IMG/VR virus record: IMGVR_UViG_3300045988_115474 | From: a virus | Reading direction: 5' to 3' (one strand) | Length of the DNA stretch: 64,000 nucleotides | Part shown: positions 58,881-64,000 of the stretch, piece by piece | How positions within the stretch are numbered: position 1 is the stretch's first letter | How the letters are laid out: every line of letters starts with the position of its first letter | Made by a program: the position numbers and the translations under genes | The notes under the pieces: model-generated | What the model was told of the DNA's origin: nothing | Databases searched by the model: none | The model's input: the letters and a program-made list of their open reading frames with translations, nothing else

Positions 58881-59429
58881 ATGGATTTAGGAAACGTAGC
58901 TAAGTATTTTTATGGGCGTCACGGGGCCGTAGAGTCTGTCACTCCAGTTTATCGTCCAAACATCAAAATCAATAAGATGCACGATGACGCCCATTTGCCG
59001 ACTTATGGCTCAAAAAACGCTGCTTGTGCAGACTTGTACGCCTATATCGGTTTTGATGACGCAACGATGGTAAACAAGAACGGTGATCGCTGCATTATGA
59101 TTCAGCCGCATGAAACCGTCAAGGTACATACTGGTTTACGGATGGCTCCGCCGGAAGGTTGGTATGTCGCTATTTATGCTCGCAGCGGTTTAGCAACAAA
59201 GCAAGGTTTGGCTCCTGCAAACAAAACTGGCATTTGTGATCAGGATTACCGTGGAGAATATATTGTGGCACTACACAATCATTCCTATCTTCCTCAAATG
59301 ATTACTCATGGCGACCGCATTGCTCAAATGGCAGTTGTTCCGTTCTGGCAGGCTGATTTTGAAGAAGTTTCCGAATTGGAGGAAACTGAACGCGGCGCTG
59401 GCGGCTTTGGATCTACGGGTGTGAAGTAA
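58881..59429 (+). CDS. dut: dUTP diphosphatase (dUTPase)
   Basis: In frame with ORF-track 58824-59429; start refined to ATG 58881 after AAAGGAAAATAAT. Motifs AACADL, ARSG, GICDQDYRGE and C-terminal RGAGGFGSTG. Confidence 0.8.
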   Translation: MDLGNVAKYFYGRHGAVESVTPVYRPNIKINKMHDDAHLPTYGSKNAACADLYAYIGFDDATMVNKNGDRCIMIQPHETVKVHTGLRMAPPEGWYVAIYARSGLATKQGLAPANKTGICDQDYRGEYIVALHNHSYLPQMITHGDRIAQMAVVPFWQADFEEVSELEETERGAGGFGSTGVK

Positions 59430-59440
59430 TGGAGGAAATT

Positions 59441-59902
59441 ATGGGAAAAACAATTGATACATCAGAGCTTCTGTATCGAATGGGCAAGTATTCTGAAATC
59501 AATGTTGGAGAAGAAGGACACGATGCGTTTATGCACTTCATGCTTCTTCTGACTCGCACGATTGAGAAGATGCCAAATGCTGCGTTGACTCATAAAAGTC
59601 CGATTGATGACGAGATTATGGAAAATCAGTACAAGCTGGCGAACGCAATCTCGTTGGCAACTGGTCGCACCAGAAATGACGGCTGGTATCCCACTTGGAT
59701 TGGCATGACCATGAAGATTGTACGTCTGAGGGGCGGAGAATCCGCTGGCTTTCGGTACATCAAAGATAATGAAGGGCATGATTATTCGGGTGCAATGCAC
59801 ACGTCTTGTGTCACAGACTACTATATCTCTGATGACAAAAAGAACGTTATCATTCAGACCGAGAACACGATTTATAAGTTTGAAAAAGTAGAGGAGGACT
59901 AA
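59441..59902 (+). CDS. hypothetical protein
   Basis: In frame with ORF-track 59429-59902; ATG 59441 after GGAGGAAATT. Confidence 0.45.
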   Translation: MGKTIDTSELLYRMGKYSEINVGEEGHDAFMHFMLLLTRTIEKMPNAALTHKSPIDDEIMENQYKLANAISLATGRTRNDGWYPTWIGMTMKIVRLRGGESAGFRYIKDNEGHDYSGAMHTSCVTDYYISDDKKNVIIQTENTIYKFEKVEED

Positions 59903-59905
59903 ATT

Positions 59906-60211
59906 ATGGCTAAGTATTTTTATGTGTACGATAATGGCGAAGAGACTACCGAGTGCATCGTGAAGATGTTCAATGGTGATAACGGCGCTGTAGTAGAAAA
60001 AGTTCTGCCAAAGGATAAGGCAGAGGGTTTCTGTGAAGGTCTGATCCTTAATGACTTTAACCGCAGTGACGAACTCGCAAATGCCGACATGAAGGAGGTT
60101 ATCGCAAAAGCGGAGCTGGTCGAAAAGATGAATGCTTATCATCTGGCAAAAGATGCCTACAACGAGGCAAATCATGCGCTAAAGAGAATTAAAGAGAACC
60201 TTGGCCTGTAA
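59906..60211 (+). CDS. hypothetical protein
   Basis: ORF-track ORF; GAGGAGGACTAAATTATG RBS. Confidence 0.5.
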   Translation: MAKYFYVYDNGEETTECIVKMFNGDNGAVVEKVLPKDKAEGFCEGLILNDFNRSDELANADMKEVIAKAELVEKMNAYHLAKDAYNEANHALKRIKENLGL

Positions 60212-60234
60212 AAGGTAAATTTTACGGAGGATTT

Positions 60235-60438
60235 ATGGAAGGAAATAAAATCGGTTTCCTGCAAGCGACAGACGGAATTTACAACGTAGATATTGGCGTA
60301 ATAGTCTCAAACGGTTCTGTTGAACTTGCATATTATAGTGATGCTCCAGATATGGGATTGAGTTCTGCAACGCTTACAAAAGAGAAGACAAAAACTTTAA
60401 TTTTGTATTTGATATATGCACTTGAACAATTAGAGTAA
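60235..60438 (+). CDS. hypothetical protein
   Basis: ORF-track ORF; TTTTACGGAGGATTTATG. Confidence 0.45.
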   Translation: MEGNKIGFLQATDGIYNVDIGVIVSNGSVELAYYSDAPDMGLSSATLTKEKTKTLILYLIYALEQLE

Positions 60439-60472
60439 ATATGTTTTATGGGTGGGTGGGAGGAATAAATAT

Positions 60473-60718
60473 ATGAAACGGAATATCACAATAAATCAGA
60501 CTCAAATTTGTAATAGCGATAACTGTACTCAAATTGGAATCATTCACAACGATGAAGTATATACCATGCAAACGAGTTACCCGAAAAGAGAAGGCCCCAC
60601 AGAATTTACATGCAGTATGCCCGAACAGAAACATTATTTAAAAGATATTCTTTATAAGATTGTAGAATTATTAAATGGTCTTATTGGATGGATTTTAGAT
60701 GAGATTAGTGATGATTGA
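60473..60718 (+). CDS. hypothetical protein
   Basis: In frame with ORF-track 60452-60718; ATG 60473 after GGGAGGAATAAATAT. Confidence 0.45.
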   Translation: MKRNITINQTQICNSDNCTQIGIIHNDEVYTMQTSYPKREGPTEFTCSMPEQKHYLKDILYKIVELLNGLIGWILDEISDD

Positions 60719-60727
60719 GGTGTAAAG

Positions 60728-60958
60728 ATGCACAAGACTGATAGTTTGAAGAATCCAGTAATCGTATTCCATTGTAAGAACTGCGGTTGCACAACCAAAA
60801 TTCGAGTAGCTTCTTTTAAAAATCCTGATTTGAATATTCCTGAGAACAGTGTGATTGCGTGCTATAGATGCAGAGCGGAAGTTGCTGGGGCTGAGTTTAT
60901 TTCTTGGAAAGAAGCAACCAAAAATATCTTTACCGTGGAGGTGCCAGATGGCGATTAA
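60728..60958 (+). CDS. hypothetical zinc-ribbon protein
   Basis: CKNCGC...CYRC. Confidence 0.45.
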   Translation: MHKTDSLKNPVIVFHCKNCGCTTKIRVASFKNPDLNIPENSVIACYRCRAEVAGAEFISWKEATKNIFTVEVPDGD

Positions 60959-61166
60959 AATTATTCAACATAAGCAGACTCCAAAAGAACTTGCATATCA
61001 TTTTAAATGTGGGTGTGGTTGTGAATTTTGGTCTGATTCGGAAGGTGTTTTGGCTGCGAGGTCATTGAATGTGATTTTATTTTATCAAACACAATGTCCA
61101 GAATGCAGCAGTCGTGTAGAGAGCCATGATAAACCGGTTCTGCGAGAAGAAATTTTTGACGATTAA
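60948..61166 (+). CDS. hypothetical zinc-ribbon protein
   Basis: In frame with ORF-track 60855-61166; ATG 60948 after GGAGGTGCCAG; CGCGCE...CPECSS. Confidence 0.4.
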   Translation: MAIKIIQHKQTPKELAYHFKCGCGCEFWSDSEGVLAARSLNVILFYQTQCPECSSRVESHDKPVLREEIFDD

Positions 61167-61184
61167 AATGTATGTTTTAGAGAG

Positions 61185-61592
61185 GTGAGAAAAACGGAAC
61201 TCTGGGAACTAAATCTTCTGCATGATGGAGACACAGAACGAATATGTATGTCTTCTGACGAGCAAGCATTGTTTGAAATGGCAGTTGATAAGGCATTTAA
61301 TTTATTCGCAAAAATAAATGAGTGGCCTCTTAAACAAGAAAATTGTCATGCTTCCGTAAGTGTAAACGACAAGCTTCATTCTATTTTAGTGAAGATTAGC
61401 ACACAAGACGATAATACAGTTGAACTCTGGGAGTATAAATGGGAATGTATTTATAAAGAACCTCATGAAGACAAGTCTAGTGACACCTTACTTCAGAAAG
61501 TTGTTTCTCGTGTACGAGACATTCCAAAACTATTTTATGATTGGGCAGAGAATTTCTGCTGGAAAGCGAGAAAAAATGGCTATTTGCAGTAA
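61185..61592 (+). CDS. hypothetical protein (GTG start)
   Basis: ORF-track ORF; AGAGAGGTGAGAAAA context. Confidence 0.4.
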   Translation: MRKTELWELNLLHDGDTERICMSSDEQALFEMAVDKAFNLFAKINEWPLKQENCHASVSVNDKLHSILVKISTQDDNTVELWEYKWECIYKEPHEDKSSDTLLQKVVSRVRDIPKLFYDWAENFCWKARKNGYLQ

Positions 61593-61959
61593 ATGTCTAC
61601 ATAAAGAAGTATGCGCTTTTAGGAAGCAGCCGGGAGATTGTTGCACCGAATCTTGCGAAAACTTCCTTGGTTGGGTAAAGGTCGGTGATGAACGACCGAT
61701 TCCTTTAAAAGACAACGTTGTAATAAGTGATTACGGTTTGTCGTTTATTGGATATTACGATTACAATAAGAGAGATCGAGAATACTTTTGCGATGCAAAC
61801 ACGCTTGAAAAAATTTACGAATGCCCATCTTACTGGTTGAAAGGACTTGAATTGCATGAGCAAGAACGAATCGCAAACAAAGAATATGAACAACGATTGG
61901 TGGCTCGCAAAGAAGCGGAGAGCGTACTTCAAATTGTTTCTAATGCAGACGAGAGTTGA
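61576..61959 (+). CDS. hypothetical Cys-rich protein
   Basis: In frame with ORF-track 61420-61959; start at ATG 61576 (MAICSKCLHKEVCAF...). Confidence 0.4.
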   Translation: MAICSKCLHKEVCAFRKQPGDCCTESCENFLGWVKVGDERPIPLKDNVVISDYGLSFIGYYDYNKRDREYFCDANTLEKIYECPSYWLKGLELHEQERIANKEYEQRLVARKEAESVLQIVSNADES

Positions 61960-62001
61960 CTTTTTTGACGCAATTTGTAGAGTATGTGAGAAAATCGAAG
62001 G

Positions 62002-62412
62002 ATGGTGCAAGAGATGAAAGCTCATATTAGTGATTGTCAATACGGAAAGCCGACCGACGCAAAAGAGAATAAAAGAATGAGTATGAGTCATGGTATGTTT
62101 GGATATATTCCTGATCTCATTGGATTCAATCCATATGAGTGCAGCCCTCTGGATATTCTTATCAAAATGATTCCGTGGCATAATGCAGAGTATGATATGC
62201 CAGACTTATTTGGAGTATACGGTTACACAACATGTGGTATTGTTGAGGTTTGGAGATGGCTTCATAAGGATTCTATTTCAGACAAAGCAAGAAAAGATGG
62301 ATGTAAGCCCATTGAGGAAGCGTCCGAGCTCGAATTATGGAAAATGATCGCGCTTATGTCTATTTTCGATGACAGAATGCGAATCAAAGAACTTATGGAA
62401 CATAAAAAGTAA
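62002..62412 (+). CDS. hypothetical protein
   Basis: ORF-track ORF. Confidence 0.45.
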   Translation: MVQEMKAHISDCQYGKPTDAKENKRMSMSHGMFGYIPDLIGFNPYECSPLDILIKMIPWHNAEYDMPDLFGVYGYTTCGIVEVWRWLHKDSISDKARKDGCKPIEEASELELWKMIALMSIFDDRMRIKELMEHKK

Positions 62413-62485
62413 AATAAATAACGTATTATCGTTACAAAAACAAGTAAAAAATACGGTAAAACTAGACTTTTATGAGGTAGATTGA

Positions 62486-62947
62486 ATGGACGATAGATTT
62501 TCAATCGAAAAGAATCACTGGGAAATACAAAATCCAGAATGGGAAAGCTATTCTCATTTCATCTGCACTAAAGACCATTATTGGACTGGTGTACACGGTA
62601 TCAGCAACTATTTTCTTCAATATAAGAATTTTAGCAGAAGTAAACCAGTCGAACGATTTTCTGTAGAATGGCCGAACTTCGTAGAGCACATGTGGTTTAT
62701 CCATTGGCGTGGCCCATGGGATTATATTTTTGCTTCATATAAATTATCCGAGATCAAACGATTTTTAGAACTTGATATTGAAACCATTAAAAAGAACCAT
62801 TGGCCGGATGGCCGTTGCACTTGCTACAGTATTTATGACTACGTGACGAAAAAATGGTACTATTTTAAAATCGAAAATTTGGGAACATTTTATGGATGCA
62901 CGTGGCCGTTGGGTGATGATACGTGGGAGGTAATTAGTTGTGACTAA
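62486..62947 (+). CDS. hypothetical Trp-rich protein
   Basis: ORF-track ORF; TATGAGGTAGATTGAATG RBS. Confidence 0.5.
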   Translation: MDDRFSIEKNHWEIQNPEWESYSHFICTKDHYWTGVHGISNYFLQYKNFSRSKPVERFSVEWPNFVEHMWFIHWRGPWDYIFASYKLSEIKRFLELDIETIKKNHWPDGRCTCYSIYDYVTKKWYYFKIENLGTFYGCTWPLGDDTWEVISCD

Positions 62948-63428
62948 ACAAATAGGCTATTATAAATCCGACTGGTACATTATGGGCATTGATGGAAAAT
63001 ATAACAATGCCTGTATCTCGCATACAGAATCGCAGCTTCGATATACAGTTCCAAGGTCGCCAGAATGGACTATCAATGGATTGAGTTTTACTTACCTTAG
63101 AGAACATGGATTTGAAGATTATCCTGAACTCTATGGTATTGTATTCTATGATATGGAGTGGTGGCGACGAAAACGCTATCCGGGTGACTTTTATGTAGAG
63201 ATACCAATTTGCGATTTGTGTGAAGATGCCTTTCATTTAAAATGGCGTTGTAAGGAATTTCGTGTACATCGGTGGTCTAACTTGAGGAAAGAAACAAAGT
63301 GGGTGAAAGGTAGAAGTAACTACACTATTTGTGAGCTCGCCCATAAGTTGCCACACGAAGAATTTATAGAATATCTTAAAGACAACGGCATCTATATTGT
63401 AAACGAAGGTGGTGTTGAACTTGGATGA
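62940..63428 (+). CDS. hypothetical protein
   Basis: ORF-track ORF overlapping the upstream stop. Confidence 0.45.
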   Translation: MTKQIGYYKSDWYIMGIDGKYNNACISHTESQLRYTVPRSPEWTINGLSFTYLREHGFEDYPELYGIVFYDMEWWRRKRYPGDFYVEIPICDLCEDAFHLKWRCKEFRVHRWSNLRKETKWVKGRSNYTICELAHKLPHEEFIEYLKDNGIYIVNEGGVELG

Positions 63429-63867
63429 TAAAATTTGTTTTGTGAACTACCGACCATACCTTACAATAGTAGATTATGGAGATTGGACTCCAAGATGGAA
63501 AATCGCATATTGGATTGATATAGATGGATTTAAGCCTGGATTTAGAATCTCAAGGAACTTCATTCATCCATATCTAAATAACGTCACGCGCCCATGTTTA
63601 AACGTAGTAGCCTATGTCGATATGTGTGATCCATTCGTTAAAACACTTTTGTTGAGTTGTATGACAACAGATAAGTCAAATCTAATTCCGGGTGATTTAT
63701 ATCTTGTGTGGAGATGCCCCGGTAATTTTTCATGGCCGGACTGCGAGCCACATTTTACATTAAGAAAGTTCAATCAGAAATATTTATTCAAAGATGGCGA
63801 CGTGAAATGTTGGGTGAACATGAAAAATATCGATTGGAGCAAACAATGGCTCCTTCATCGTATTTGA
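63409..63867 (+). CDS. hypothetical protein (non-ATG start)
   Basis: ORF-track ORF overlapping the upstream stop; start uncertain (GTG/TTG). Confidence 0.4.
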   Translation: MVLNLDDKICFVNYRPYLTIVDYGDWTPRWKIAYWIDIDGFKPGFRISRNFIHPYLNNVTRPCLNVVAYVDMCDPFVKTLLLSCMTTDKSNLIPGDLYLVWRCPGNFSWPDCEPHFTLRKFNQKYLFKDGDVKCWVNMKNIDWSKQWLLHRI

Positions 63868-63958
63868 GGTAATAAATGAGTAAAAATAATAGCGATAATG
63901 CGTTAAATATAAGCGACAAATTTACAGTAGAATTAGGGTTTTATGAAGGAGGTTCACA

Positions 63959-64000
63959 ATGATTATTGATTGCAAATCTATTGCACAAGATATCAAAAAC
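63959..64000 (+). CDS. 5' end of a gene running off the right window edge
   Basis: ATG 63959 after GAAGGAGGTTCACA; preceded by the conserved CGATAATGCGTTAA element. Confidence 0.4.
   Translation, partial: MIIDCKSIAQDIKN

Overview
This window is a near-continuous, gene-dense stretch of a tailed dsDNA phage (or prophage) genome. Coding is almost entirely on the + strand, with short or overlapping intergenic gaps and strong AGGAG-type RBSs. GC content is about 40%. An SD-dependent, Firmicutes-like host is an inference only.

Content from left to right:
- 0.3-11.8 kb: about 60 small ORFs of unknown function with an early-gene or host-takeover look, including tandem paralog families.
- 11.9-16 kb: a lysogeny- and regulation-flavoured block with a Bro-N antirepressor, a tyrosine recombinase and a DnaD-like protein.
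- 17.6-18.1 kb: a Cys-based (CX5R) protein phosphatase.
- 20.2-22.8 kb: a moron-like island of individually promoted genes, namely a SleB-type cell-wall hydrolase, a MazF/PemK-like endoribonuclease and two unknowns, closed by a strong terminator.
- 23.9-26.1 kb: a three-domain polynucleotide kinase / phosphatase / ligase (Pnkp-like RNA repair enzyme), immediately followed by an array of about 7-9 tRNA genes (26.19-27.52 kb).
- 27.7-28.9 kb: two DNA methyltransferase-like genes.
- 29.8-47.1 kb: a complete replication and recombination module. It holds SSB-like and Sak4/RecA-like proteins, a DnaB-like helicase, a DnaG-like primase, a RecJ-like DHH exonuclease, phosphoesterases, a MazG-like protein, DnaE-type Pol III alpha, a RecD-like helicase and an ATP-dependent DNA ligase.
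- 49.4-59.4 kb: nucleotide metabolism genes (ThyX, NrdD ... NrdG, dUTPase) interleaved with a phage-encoded flotillin/SPFH protein and many zinc-ribbon mini-ORFs.

A conserved ~21-bp element (GTATCCTGTATAATGTAGCTA or its reverse complement) recurs at about 10 intergenic sites, several times embedded in perfect TTGACA-17-TATAAT promoters. No CRISPR array, rRNA or obvious transposase was seen. Starts that I refined by hand from the ORF track are stated in each feature's evidence.
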